A DNA stretch of 64,000 bases from the human T2T-CHM13v2.0 reference genome, Homo sapiens, in the NCBI RefSeq assembly GCF_009914755.1, contig NC_060928.1, one strand, 5' to 3'. Position 1 is the stretch's first letter; each line of letters begins with the position of its first letter. Under the pieces are notes generated by a model. The model was not told the origin of the DNA and ran no database searches. It saw only the letters and a list, made by a program, of their open reading frames with translations. Made by a program: the position numbers and the translations under genes. Below, piece after piece: positions 33,940 to 48,821 of this stretch.

Positions 33940-36631
33940 AAAGAGACTTAAATGTTCTTTAAATATTTAATCAAGAATACCTCACTGACCACTTAGTGTT
34001 CCATACACCTATCCATACAAAAAGGATATAGTTAATAAATAGATTGAAGATCAGATATGTATACCTAGAGACATTATTCCTCTTCAGATACCAAGACGTT
34101 TCTGAAGCTGTCCCTTTCATATAAGGCCAGACTAAATATATACTTGAATGAAGAAATAAACCAATGAATTAATTTTAGAAAACATGTAATGGATATGTTA
34201 ATTCTCATCTTTGAAAGAGTAAATCAACCAGTTCAAGTTAGACCTATTGTCTAAATTTTAAATGGCAAAGAGAATTTTTATCCCTACAATAAATACTTGA
34301 ATAAGCCACATGTTTTCCTGAAACAGTTGGATATGTATAGTATTTACCATCTCAATGGCAAATGTAAAAGGAATAGTATTTGAACGCTTTGAGATCAAAA
34401 TATTTATGATTTATATTTAGGTTAAATAAAGCTAGAGTTATTTTTACTTGAGGGACGCACTTATATAGAGTGCATTAAGTTATTTCTGACCAATTTTCCT
34501 CAAGTGTAAATACCAATGAATGCATAGACTTCTTTTTAACATATTGAAAATTAGCCTCAGAATAGCATTGTTTAGCTTTGAATTTGCAAAAAAGTTACAT
34601 GCATTTGATTCAAATTATATAAAAATCCATATCTTATATATAAATATTACATGTAACCACAAATGGCATTCTCCCAGTATCTTGTATATACTTAAATTCC
34701 CAATAAATAATTTATAAGGCTTAAATTTTTATTTTGAAAAATCATCAAGAGTGCTAGAAAGCATGAAATATTATGAATTAAGCTTACTATTCATGACAGA
34801 AAAATTGAAAGGGCTATGCTATTCATATAAAAATTAGTGATTTTACTTTCAAGGAAAATAATAAGTTTCACAGGTATTTTTTATGGTGTTTCAGATGCAT
34901 TTTATCAATTGGAGTCTATTTCCATGTTTTGGAAAGAAGATGCATCATTACTTGATCAATAAGCAGTAAGTCTACTAGATGTAATTATTTAGTTATTTCT
35001 GTCTTCTTGGAGTACTCAACTGCTTAATCAACCTAATAGGTGAAATACACGTGAAACTGTAGGAGAACAATTCTCAACCTTTTTCTCCTCATCCAGGGAG
35101 CATGGATTCCCTCATTTTTTATCCACTGCTTATGCTTTTCATGGCTTGGAGCTGGGAGTATGGGCTGTTCTCAGAGACTCCAACACATAGAAATTCACTG
35201 GAGCTATGGAGTAGAGATAGTAACTTTGGAATGAAGAAAGAAAGGAGGTTCCCTCAGACACTCGTTCAAAGATAACCACCTGAGATGTTTTGCAGTTCCC
35301 AGGCTAACATGCAAGTAACACCATTTACTTTCACTTTCCGATGCCAGGGATTTGTTCAGCTGCTATCATGTGCAGCTGTAACTGTGATTTCTTTTCTCTG
35401 GCCTACTTGGGAAGAGAATGAAATCTTTAACTTTGAACAAAATCTCCTCCCAAAGCACACAGGTCTTTTTGAAGTTTTCACATGCAATGTACTCTCACTT
35501 TCAGGGTCTAATCTTACACATATGCGATTTGAAAATTAACTATGTTCTTTAGAAATGTTCACCATCATTAAATCAAGCTTTTCTTATAGGAGGAGATAGC
35601 TCTGTAGACAAGGGCAAAGCAGGGTATGGAAAGAACAAGGGGTGCTGAAATGGAAAGGCAGTGAGTTGTGGACTTAATTTCTTTCCCAGAGCTTCCTCTG
35701 AGGAGTTAGATTTAGAGATGTGAGAAACTCACTAATTGTAAACTATTTGCCAAATCCCCTTAATGTCTGGTAGAGTTAATAATTTCTTTACATTTAGAGA
35801 TTTAGATTGATTGAAGTTTTTTGCTATAATAGAGCAATAATCAGTATTTGCAATAAGGCTCTGCAAATTTGAGATCTGTCCTTAGGACAGATTCCCAGTT
35901 GTAGAATAACTAGTTCAAAGGGCTTGATTTGTTTTATTCATGCCACTTCATGTATATGTATTACTCAGATATTTTCTGTAGATATTCTTATAATTATATA
36001 AGCAAGCTGTGAACATATTCAATCTACAGTATTCTGATCAGAGTATTTTGATGTGAAAACATTTCCATTAATTTGATAAAGAAACTTAGCAAACACTTCT
36101 CTACTTCTAGCAACAAAAAAGTAACACCCTATGATGATTCTAAAGAAATGTGTAAACTTTTATTTCATACTTTTAAAGCAAAATTAAAGTAATAATAATA
36201 AATGTTGACCTTCCTAAATAAAACATGGTCTAAGATTAATAAAATTATCCTGCAGAATAGCCATTCATGTTTGGTTTCCTTAGCTTTCTATTCCTAGTGG
36301 ATTTTTTTTTTTTTTTTTTTTTGCATTAAGTGGTGGTAGCCTTTAAGAGAAAAGCTTGCAATTTATGTTGTAGTAGCAACTAAATAACTCTTTAATAGAT
36401 TCCTTCAAACTCAACTATATAGACTATGTCAACGTAACATTGCAATTCATTTGCTATTTCTCTTACTGCTTGTGTATTTTGTGTTTTTCGCTTTGTTTTT
36501 TGTTTTTATAGACTAGCCCCAAGCCCTCTCATTATAAGATTTTTTTTCTGGATAAAAATGCTTCCCTGTCTATAAAATATGAGTTAAACCTTTTTGTCTT
36601 ACTGGATAGATTGAATCCTTTCACTACTAGG

Positions 36632-37149
36632 TGTATTAGTTTCTATGTTGCATCATAACACCCCATCAAAAACTTAGCAGCTTGAAACCACATCTATTCA
36701 TTATCTCTCTGGTTTGGAGTCAAAAGTTCAGGTCCTCTGCTCAGGGTGTCCCAAGGTGGCAATCTAAATACAGGCCAGACCGCTTTCTTTTCTGGTACTC
36801 CGGATTCTTTTCCAAACTCATGTGGTTGTGCTGAATTCAGTTCCTTATTGTTACATTGACTGAAATTGTTACTTCCTTGCTGGCTATCAACCAGGAAATG
36901 CTCTCAGATCCTAGGAGCCCCCTTATACTTTGTTGCCTGTTATGTGGCCTGCTTAGGGGTCATTAAAAACATAGCTACTTATTTTTTCAAAGCCAATAGA
37001 AGTTCTCACTCAAGTAAGCTAAAAATGGAATGTATAATCTAATCATTCAAGTGACTATCTCACTACTTTTTCCACCTTCTATTGGCTAGACACAAGTCAC
37101 AGGTTCTATTGCACTCAAAGACTGCCATCTTAGTAATCTACTCACTATA
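36632..37149 (-). mobile_element. MLT1E-like MaLR solo LTR
   Basis: TGTATTAGTTTCT ... AACTTAGCAGCTTGAAAC ... ATTGGCTAGACACAAGTCACAGG ... GCCATCTTAG. Confidence 0.7.
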
Positions 37150-37468
37150 AGAGAAAATATGACAGCATTTTACTGCCCTGGGATCTGTCAGGTGAACTGT
37201 TTCATACTTTCTCATTCTGGAGTCTTGCGGTGCATCTGTCACTGTACTACACTGTCTTACCAGAAAAAGAAGTCTGGTCAGCCTGTGTAGGCTGGTTTTC
37301 TAAATATTTGTCATTATTTGTTTTTTTCTGCATAATCCAATCACCTTAATAATAATAATATTAATACCTAAACTATACAAAGAATTTTCTAATTTATGAA
37401 ACACTTTTATGTAGCTATTTTACTTCTTTAATTCTACTTTCCAAGAATTTAGTAAATTTTAGTGGTAT

Positions 37469-38021
37469 TGTTACCAGTGCTCCTGGGTTCTTATAACCCC
37501 CCAGGATAGAAATCAAGAGAGACCACCAGACATAGCAGCAAAGAGAAACAGAAAAGTTTATTTAAAGCTTGTGCACAAGGAAGTCAGCACCGTGAAAGGA
37601 CAAGGCAAGTTGCTCCCTGGAAGATAGTATGTGGGTTAGTTTTATAAGTCTTTCTATAGGGAAAGGTTTCACCAGGCTATGTATAGGCGGGATTTCTCTA
37701 GCACTTGAGCAGTGGCTTTACATGATTCTTCATACATTGCATATAATATTAACATTTTAAATCTCCATCCCTGGTCATGACTTTTAGCATTAAAATGAGT
37801 AAGAGGTAACTACAAGTTGAGGTTTAAGGCAGACTGTGCATGCAGGGTCCTGTGGAAGTCGTTAGTCATCTAAACCAGGAACTTGCTGTTAATAATTCTT
37901 GGGTCTTTTGTTGATGCTTGACTGGCTGGAAGTTAGGTGAGCTACAGCTTGAGTAAGGGGCTTTTGTTCTTTTTGCTCTAAATCACTTCAAAACAAGAAA
38001 CCAGCCAGGTTACCTGTCTCA
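37469..38021 (-). mobile_element. MER4-group (ERV1) solo LTR
   Basis: TGTTACC...CCTGTCTCA termini with an exact 4-bp TSD GTAT (37465-37468 and 38022-38025). Confidence 0.8.
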
Positions 38022-38253
38022 GTATTAATTCATTCATACAAATACTTTTGCTCAAAAGCTAAATAGTAACTTGCCCAATTTAGCATAGAGTTAGTTGAAG
38101 CCTTGTGATTTTTTTTCTTTTACTATTCCCCAATTAGAATGACCAGACAGTTGTCTCTATGCAGTCTTTGGTTGGCTAAGGTCAGAAAGTCAACTATTTC
38201 TCATTTTGGTTTAACTTGCCAAGTGCAAAAAAGCAAAATAAAAGTTGTTCTTT

Positions 38254-38792
38254 TGTCAGAGGCATTCAAATCACAGTGATTACATCTTGAGTGAGAGCTA
38301 GGAAAAATAAGGCTGGGACTTGCTGGGCTGCATTCCCAGAAAGTGTGGTATTCCTAGCCTCTAGAAGTTTATGGTTAGGGGAACAGATTGATAACATTTA
38401 CTAAATAGACCCAGACTTGGGAGTGTCCTGATATCCCAACATCTTGAGAACAGAAGCATCTCTAATTTTGCTTTAAAGATAATAATATTGATTCTTGCAA
38501 TATATAGTGATTAAGAACATTTATCCTTTATCACAAACCCTTGTAGCGGAGTACATTTCCCCATAATCCTTTTTGTAACCCTATATATAAATTATTGTAC
38601 TAGGGTGGACGCGTTCCTCCTCTTACTTTTGGGAATTCCCTACTCTGTCTATGGGGTAGCTGTGCTTTCACCACTTTACCTGCTTAATAAACTTGCTTTC
38701 GCTTTGCACTGGGGACTCGCCCTGAATTCGTTCTTGTGCAAAATCTAAGAACCCTCTCTTGGGGTCTGGATTGGAATCCCTTCCCAGTAACA
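38254..38792 (+). mobile_element. MER41C-like solo LTR (ERV1)
   Basis: TGTCAGAGGC ... GGCTGGGACTTGCTGGGCTGCATTCCCAGAAAG ... AATAAACTTGCTTT ... GTAACA, with an exact TSD CTTT. Confidence 0.88.
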
Positions 38793-40829
38793 CTTTACCT
38801 TGCTAAAATTCTGAAAATTCATACCTATGCTTCTGATTTTTTTAAAAAGGAGATTTGATAAAAGTATAAAGTAGAAAAATAATAGCTGCTGAGTAGAAAC
38901 CAAAAGAAGAAAAAGTTAAAAAAGAAAGAAAACAGTGCTAACTATGCTAGAAACAAATGTCAGCAAAACCAAGATGGAAAAAGAAAAAAAAATTTACTAA
39001 ATTTAGATTAAAAATTGCTGAATTTATTTCACAATTACATCAATTTGCAATTTGCTGGATGTGAATTGTAAATACTGGCAAGCCACATTTTTTTAGAAAT
39101 TAAAAATTATCTGATATAGCATTTCCTTCCTGATAAATGAGGTCTCCTAATTCTCTGAGGCTATTGTTAGCTTACATTTACCTTTCACCACTACATTAAA
39201 AACAACTCTTTGAAAAAAGAAAAAGAACCACTTGTACAAAGACTGAATTATACTGTCATTAGGCTTCAGTTCAAGGAGAACATCTTATGTTAAATGAATG
39301 TAGAGTGGTAAATGCCACTGCTAACATAAATGTAATAATTACTATAATAAAAAATATACAATTTACATTGTGCTTCACATAGAAAATGTAAGTCTAATCA
39401 TAAGGAAAAGAGATGGAAAATTAGAGGCAAATAGAGATGAATACATCTAGTTTAAGAAAGTATAATTATCAAACCAAACCGAGCATTAATTTTTGTACTT
39501 ATTTATTAAAGTTGTCATTAGAAGAGAGAAAACTAGAGTTAGCTAATCTATTCAGCATCAAACAGGACCTCAACATTAAATATTCCACCCTACAATAACA
39601 TCATTTTAAAAATTCTACACAGCAAAGATACAGTTTTGCTCATTAAATAAATGACAGTTGGAACAAGAAATGGCTAAAGATGCAAGGCCTTATAACTTTA
39701 AATCCAAGGAAATCATAAAAAATATCAGCCAAGATTATATTTTCTAATCATCTATGATTCATTCTTCTACAACATAAAGGTTGTAGATAAAGCTGATAGA
39801 TTTGATTAATGAACATGTTGTGTTCTATTTTGCTGTATTAGGCAGATATCAATCCTTGTATTTAAGAAAGATAGAAGGGCTAATGCCCTTGTCTCACAGC
39901 TATTAACAATTTTGCAAATATTATGTCAATGTTTGAATAGTCCACCAATTTGACAAAAGTTTACTCAAGACATCTCCATGGACTGGAAATTATTCTGAGT
40001 CTCTGATAATAGAAAAGTCTAAAGGACAAGTTATCCAAAGGTAGATTCAAGATCTAGGAGCATTCAATAGCCAGTCCTTAGGAACTAGGCATCCAGTACC
40101 CTAAATAAAGAAAAAAGATACAAAACATTGTTTATTATAGAAAGCACTGAAAATCTTAAATAAACCATTATATCTGTGGATAACCATGAAGTGGCCTGCA
40201 GCATTCTCTCAATATTCATGCATCTCAAGTAGTCGCTTTATTGCCACATAAGATCAGAGTAAGTTCCTAAGAATAGGAAATGCCTGGAAGAAGAGTGAAT
40301 AAAATTTATCTATACTGTACAAACTACCTTTATCTATTTTTAGTCTTTGTATTAAAAAACATACTGAAAGCATGAGCTATTATTTATAATGGTAAATATA
40401 ATATAAAATTATATTATAATTGTAATGCTGCCACACTCTGCAGAATTTCAGGAAGACCCAAAGTGATTATGCTCCTAAACAGCTATGATAGTGTCCCTGT
40501 GACAGTGATGTAAACTAGATCTTGTAAAAATAATGATATTCCTAGCAACAATTCAGGTAGTTACAATAGGAAAAGATGGAAAGATATAAAAGTGTGCTAA
40601 TTAAAAAAAACTTTGTGGTATGGAATCAATGAATTTATTGTAGTTGACAAACTAAGAAAAAGATGGAAAAGTGCATTATTTAAAATTAAATTTTGGAAGT
40701 GAAGTTGCTAAGAGAGCAGGGAAGTCGTGTTGGTACCTGAAGACCAGGCATTAATTAATCTTACATAAGGATGACAAATCAAGAAACATGTATGCAAGTA
40801 TTTTATTTAAATATATATATGTTTTAATT

Positions 40830-41510
40830 GCATAACATTCCATTAAAAAAATCAAAAGACAAACAATAGATTGGAACGAAATATTTGCAACATGTAGTAA
40901 ATATATTGGGATAATAACTCTAACATACAAATAAATTTAGAAACTGTTAAGAAAAAGACAAATCAAAGGAAAGTTATTTAAAGGATATAATAACCAATCC
41001 TGAGAAAGGGTAATCCAGATGAACAACAAATATATAAATAATGACGATGGCATATAAGTTTTTGAGCCCTTGATTAATTTTATTTAAAAATTAATAATTT
41101 TGTGATATTAAATAATATTCAATGGCAATATGCATTTGGAGAACTGAAACTCATACATTTCCTCATGAGTTCACACTGTGGCAGTGTGAATTTCTACACG
41201 TCTTTGGAAAGTAATCAGAAAATGTTTATTAAAATTTGAGCAAAGTCACATGGGAGATTATGTTGTAATGATCACAAAACACCAATACCTAAGAACTTAC
41301 CTATGTGGGTGATTACTGCAATATTGTTTGTAGGTGAGAAGCTAGAAGCAACCTTTTAAATAGCTGGGTTAGGAAATAGACAAATGGTGCTATATCAATA
41401 TTACTGATGATGTGAAACTCCTCAAAGTAACACAACAGATATAGAGTTATTGACTTTGAAGAATGCCCGTTATTCACTATTAAACAACAAAGGTAAGGAT
41501 ATTATTTTCC
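40830..41510 (+). mobile_element. Old L1ME-like fragment
   Basis: AAAAGACAAACAATAGATTGGAACGAAATATTTGCAACATG and further degenerate ORF2/3' UTR motifs. Confidence 0.55.
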
Positions 41511-41529
41511 TAACAAAATAAGAGTTTGC

Positions 41530-41960
41530 AGATTAAGCAGTGTATGATGAGTGGTGCAGTGGCTTCTTCAGACGTTCAGTGCCCAAACCTTGTTCTATTT
41601 TTTTGTTCCACTAGTCCTAGAGGCATATGGCTCGTCACATCCCACTTCTTATAGTCATGTTTCAAACTGATAGAAAGGACAAGGCTCACCAAGCTTAATA
41701 AGGGACAGCTGAGCCTGTTTCTCTTTAAAAACTTTCCCAAAAGCCCAACCAGTGAGTGACATCTCCATTCTTCTCATTGCCAAGAATTGTGTCTCATTGT
41801 ATCCCTATCAGAAAGGAAAACTATGACGGTAAATATTTTAACAGGGCACATTGGCAAACTTTCTCCCTAAAAAAAATAACTATGAATTAGGGGCTCTATT
41901 TGTAAGGTAGAAGAGAAAAATGAATATTGGATGAGTGACTAACAATGTCTGCCACTCCTG
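41530..41960 (-). mobile_element. Old MLT1 LTR remnant
   Basis: CTCATTGCCAAGAATTGTGTCTCAT ... GAATATTGGATGAGTGACTAACAATGTCTGCCAC. Confidence 0.55.
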
Positions 41961-42415
41961 TGGATGTGCACATATGTTTCATAGTATCATATGACTGGAG
42001 ATAAATGGGCAAAGAAATACAGCAATCTGCTTAGACTGATTACACCACAGGGGTGGGAATGAAGGTTAGAAAAGATTATTAACGTCTTACATCATTTTTG
42101 TAGTGTTTCAGTTATCATAAGAACACATGCACTTTTTATTTTAAACAAAGTAAATAGAAACAAATGAAAGAATAAGAAGTTAGATGCAAACATGTCACAA
42201 AAGAAAAACAAAAACAATGAAAAATTCATTTATTTTGCATTAATTATTACAGTAGAATGAGCCTAATAAGTTAATGTTTTATTTAAAATGTTATACTGGT
42301 CATAATCAACAGATTAAAAAACAAATTCAGTAAACAGTGGTAGTCCTTGGGGAATGGGAGCAAAAGAAAAAGGTAAAAAATTTTGCATATTTCCATGTAC
42401 CTTTTAAAACCACAT

Positions 42416-42810
42416 TGTGATGGTTAATACTGAGTGTCAACTTGATTGGATTGAAGCATGCAAAGTATTAATCCTGGGTGTGTCTGTGAGGATGTTGCCA
42501 GAAGAGATTAACATTTGAGTCAGTGGGCTGGGGAAGGCAGACCCACCCTTAATCTGGTGAACACCATCTAGTCAGCTTGCAGTGAATATAAAGCAGGCAG
42601 AAAAACGGGAAAAGGCGAGACTGGCCTAGCTTCCCAGCCTACATCTTTCTCCCATGCAGGATGCTTCCTGCCCTCGAACATCAGACTCCAAGTTCTTCAG
42701 TTTTGGGACTTGGACTGGCTCTCCTTGCTCCTCAGCCTACAGACAGCCTATTGTGGGCCCTTGTGATTGTGGAAGTTAATACTTAATAAATTCCCCTTTA
42801 TATATATATA
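42416..42810 (+). mobile_element. MLT2A1 LTR (HERVL), lacking the last ~40 bp after the TA tract
   Basis: TGTGATGGTTAATACTGAGTGTCAACTTGATTGGATTGAAG ... GAATATAAAGCAGGCAGAAAAAC ... ACTTAATAAA. Confidence 0.92.
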
Positions 42811-44139
42811 AATAACATTTATTAATAGTGAGTTTTATTTAATTTAAACTAGCCATCTTTTTTCCAGTTTTATAAACTATATCTAGGTGTGATGAAACAA
42901 ATGTGTGAAGAAATCTGTATTCCAAGTAATGAACATATGTTTTCGTATTGAATAACACATTTCCTCATAAACACATTGTATAAAGAACATCATTTCATAT
43001 CATATAACTTATTAATATGCTCCTCCAAATTAAGAATTTAACTTAAGAATACCTCTAAACTTTCCAAATCATGCATAATTTATGTGACTATATTGCAAGA
43101 ATGAGTATAGGAGTGCATATGTTGGTGTTGAATATTTATTTAACACAGTGTTTAAATGTTAAGTAAAATACTAGTATCTGAGGCCTTTCTAAAGACTGTA
43201 AGCTATGGTATTAAGCAGGAAAGACTAAGTTATCTTGTGATGAAAACAAACCATGAATATCAATGAATCAAAACAAATAAATACACAGATATACATTTCT
43301 CATTTTGACTATATGTTTATCTCAGGTTTTCCACAAAATGGGACACAGGTGGATGAAGCTTCCTCTGTCTGAAATACGCTTGGTCACCATGGCAGAGAGA
43401 AGGGAACATGTTATTCAAGGTCTCTTAATGGCTTCTATATGGAAGTTACACATGTTCTTTGTAGTCATATTTCATTTGCCAAAGGAAGTAGTGTGGACAC
43501 TGTTAACTTCTATATACCAGGAATATAAAACTGGAATTACTATATTTTATTATTTTATGAGCTCCAATTATTGAGAGCGTTTACAACCCTTCACTGAAAC
43601 ACGTGTCTATGTGAGGTCTCCCAACATGTTCTCTTCTGTAGTAGTACTCTGAATAAGGGTAAAGTCATTAGGAATGTATATAGTATATGGCAAATGTTTC
43701 ACCATTTAGAATGTAATTTCCTGAAATGTCTAAATCTTTCTTTAAAAAAATAAAACAGTATGATATAATATACCACAGTCACACACACACACACTCAGTT
43801 TCCTTTTGAATGTCAAAAAATATCAGGAGTTTTTAATATTATGGTAGATGCTCTTATACACTCAGTCTACAGACCTTAAATGATGGAATATAGATTCAAA
43901 GATGCTGTAATAATTCAAAGTACATGGCTTTTTTTTCTTTACCCATCCAGGATCCAGAGCCGAGAACACTGGTATGATGCAAGGATTTGTGGCCAGCCAA
44001 TTCAAGCTTGAAAACTTATCTCTATCACTAACATGACATTATATTCCTGATATTTTTACTTCTCTTAGCCTCTGTTTATTTGTCTGTAAAACTGGAGTGT
44101 GATTCAAGAAGGGTGTAAGAACATTTAATGGGGATAATA

Positions 44140-45655
<1,516 letters not shown>

Positions 45656-48600
45656 TATATATATGTGTGTGAAAACTGTATTTTATATTTATATATATAT
45701 ATATATACACTCAGCTTATTTGGAGCATGAGAATTATGGCTTTTATAAAGTGGGTTTATTTTTGTATGTTTCAGTTGATTTTTTTCCATTCTATAGTTAA
45801 GGTTAAATGTTCGAATTTATTTTCTCCCCTCTCCATGTCTTAAGTCAGGGCTCTAGCCCCTTTGTATTCCACAATTCCAGATATAACTTTATAATAATAT
45901 TATTCACTCAACATTATTGTGAATATCAATGACATCAATATACATGAAAATGATTTGAAAACTGTTTATAGCCATCCAAAAGGAATTTTATATTACTTAT
46001 GATTATCTGAAAATATCTGGTCTATAACTGTTGAAACTGTTTTTTTCCATCTTGCTTGTCTGGTTCACCACTCTATCCAATTGCTTTGAACACTGACTTG
46101 AACTGAGTATGTATCCAAATGAAGGAATCAAATGGAGGAATTCTATAAGCTATATTTTTATTATTGGTATTGGAGTTATTATGAAGTAAAAACCTGCAAA
46201 TGAATCAGTTGTGCACATGCTTTTAAGTCAGTTGCATTGTCTTATATTTAAATAAGCCAGACTATTGACACCTGACCTATTAAAAAATGAAGCAGTAATG
46301 AAAAAATTAAAAAAAAAGATCTTTATGAATGAAATAGCTATTAATAAACCCAGGTACCAAACACTAAATGATGTAGCAACCTAGTCATTATAGAAATATT
46401 CATAATTTTAATGTTTGATTGTATTTGTTAAATAATTTTGCTGAAAGCTTTGTTACCATAATTGTTTTCATCATTGGTTTCAGGACCTATAAATCAACTT
46501 AAAACCACTCATTTTTACCCACTTAGAGATCTGTACTAGCTTCTGAAGCAGCAGGTGACCCATTAATTTAAGAGACTCATTATAAGTAATCAATATGACT
46601 TGAGTGCCTTTATTATAAGCTCTAGAGTCTTAATATTCAATGTCACTGGTAGAGTTAAGAATATGAATTGCATTTAAATCATATTTACTGGGGGAATTAT
46701 ACATTTTATCATAAGGTAAAAGCTGATTTTACTTTAGTCATTTAAACAATATTAAAGTTATCATTCTTAACTTGTTGATTTCACAACTTATTTAGCAATT
46801 TATATTATGCAAATGGCTTTGGGATATAGAATATAATAAATATGAATTTTATAATTTAAAGATATTTTTCTTATAAAACCCAATAAGCCACAAACAAAAA
46901 TAATGAACAGAGAATAATAAAAATAATTTATCTTTAACTCTTCTAAATACTAAAATGTGTCAAGGCCACAAGGATCCTGGGGTTTTCAACAATAGTATCA
47001 ACTAAATAGATCAAATGAAATAAAATGCATACATATATGCTAACATAAAAAAGAGATTCCTAAGAAAAATTAAAACAATTGCTAATGTAATACTTTAAGT
47101 AAATTGACTGGAAAAGCAAAAGTCATTAGCTTTATTAAACCTATGCTTTAGAAGTATTTAACTGACGTTAGAGTTTATAGAATATTATAATAAAATTTCA
47201 AAGTAAGACTGCATATCTATTTAAGCTTCCATTTAAAAAATAATTGGTAATTAGGAATAAGCTATAATTTACTAAAGTTAACCTAAATCACAATCATCTG
47301 TAAAACAATTACCACAAAATAATTAACATGCCGGATGGCTCTAGTATTAAAGTACTCCAATAGTATTGAGTAAAAATTTACTATCTGTCCTGGTCTTCCT
47401 GCAGTTTCAAATCTTGTCACCTTAGTTTTTTATCATTTGCTAATTTCTATCTGAATTTCATTATATATCAAGTTTAGCAGGTGCTTTTTTTGTATAAGAA
47501 AATTTATGCACATTTTTTACATAAAATTTGACATAAAATCCCAAATCCCTGAGTTTGTAATTGTATCAGACATTAACAGGTTTCATCAACTGGGAAAAAA
47601 TAGTAAGAAAAAATATAAAGCTTTTACTTTTTTGCCACCTGAAATGATCCCTTTGTGCAGAAGTAATTATTGCTTCTATATTTTCTATGTAGCTACAAAA
47701 CATATAGTTGTTTTTAAAATTTATGTTAGATTCCAAAAACTGTGGCATTCTGTGAAGACATAAGAGCTGAAAATAAACTTTTTCATGTTGGTATATTCCA
47801 TTCAATGCAAATTTCTTCAGGACAAAGAGGAGCTAAACACTAAAAACACAATATGAAATTCCAGTGTCTTCTTGGATTATTTACACATCTAATATGTATT
47901 GTCAGTAGTCTTTTCTGCTGAATCAGGTGATTGTATTTAGGTTATGCTCTCATCATAAAATGTATTGTAAATTTTCATATGTTTTATTATTCTGAACTAA
48001 TTTAAATGACAATGGAATTATCATATTGTTAAGAGAATCAGCTTAACTCTAAAGCTGCATGGAATCTTTGCAAATTTAAATCGTGGGTCTTTAAATTTGT
48101 TTTCTGATCCTTGTATGGTTTTTGATGTGTTTTACTTCACAGAGGTAGATTTTGCTTCAATAGTTCTCTACAGTATCATCATTTTCTTTGTGATTCTGAA
48201 AATTTTTGCAATAATATTTTCATAATCGTTTTTAACTTTGACTCTATCTTTTGCCTCATTCCCATTTATACTAGTACTCTGTCTTTTGACCTTAATCAGA
48301 GCTGCTTAGAGGTTCTTTTATTGTGCTTTTTTGAAAGCCAGCTTTTAATATATAATTTCAATTTCTTTGAATTTCATCATTTATTTCCATTAATTTCAAG
48401 GGAGGAAAATGTTGAACAAATTGTGAGATAAATATTGTTTGGAATATTATGCTGATTTTAAAAAATATTGAATTAAATATTTAATTATTGACCTAAAGGA
48501 ATATCTATGATGCATTATTAAATCACAAAGCAAGTGTTTGGTTTAAAGAATGTTGATGAAAAATGACTGTTTATAATGATTACCTTTTTAATACCTTTGC

Positions 48601-48689
48601 ATACTTTGGTTGTCTTTCAAATACATAAATGAAGATTATTAACTTGGTACATCTTTGAATTTTTTTCTTATTTTTTTTAATCTTTAAAA

Positions 48690-48813
48690 AAACTTTTAGA
48701 AACAGAGTCTCACTTTGTTACTGAGGCTCATCTCAAACCCTTGGGCTCAAGCAATCCACCTACCTTGACCTCCCAAAGTGTTGGGATTACAGGCATGAGC
48801 CACTGTGCCTGGC
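48690..48813 (-). mobile_element. Alu left monomer (FLAM_C-like)
   Basis: Single arm AGAAACAGAGTCTCAC ... GGGCTCAAGCAATCC ... GGATTACAGGCATGAGCCACTGTGCCTGGC. Confidence 0.8.
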
Positions 48814-48821
48814 TTTCTTAT

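Noticed and set aside
45900-48600. Long very AT-rich stretch with short ORFs
   Set aside because: I could not support any coding signature, periodicity or assignable repeat. It may be highly decayed L1ME.
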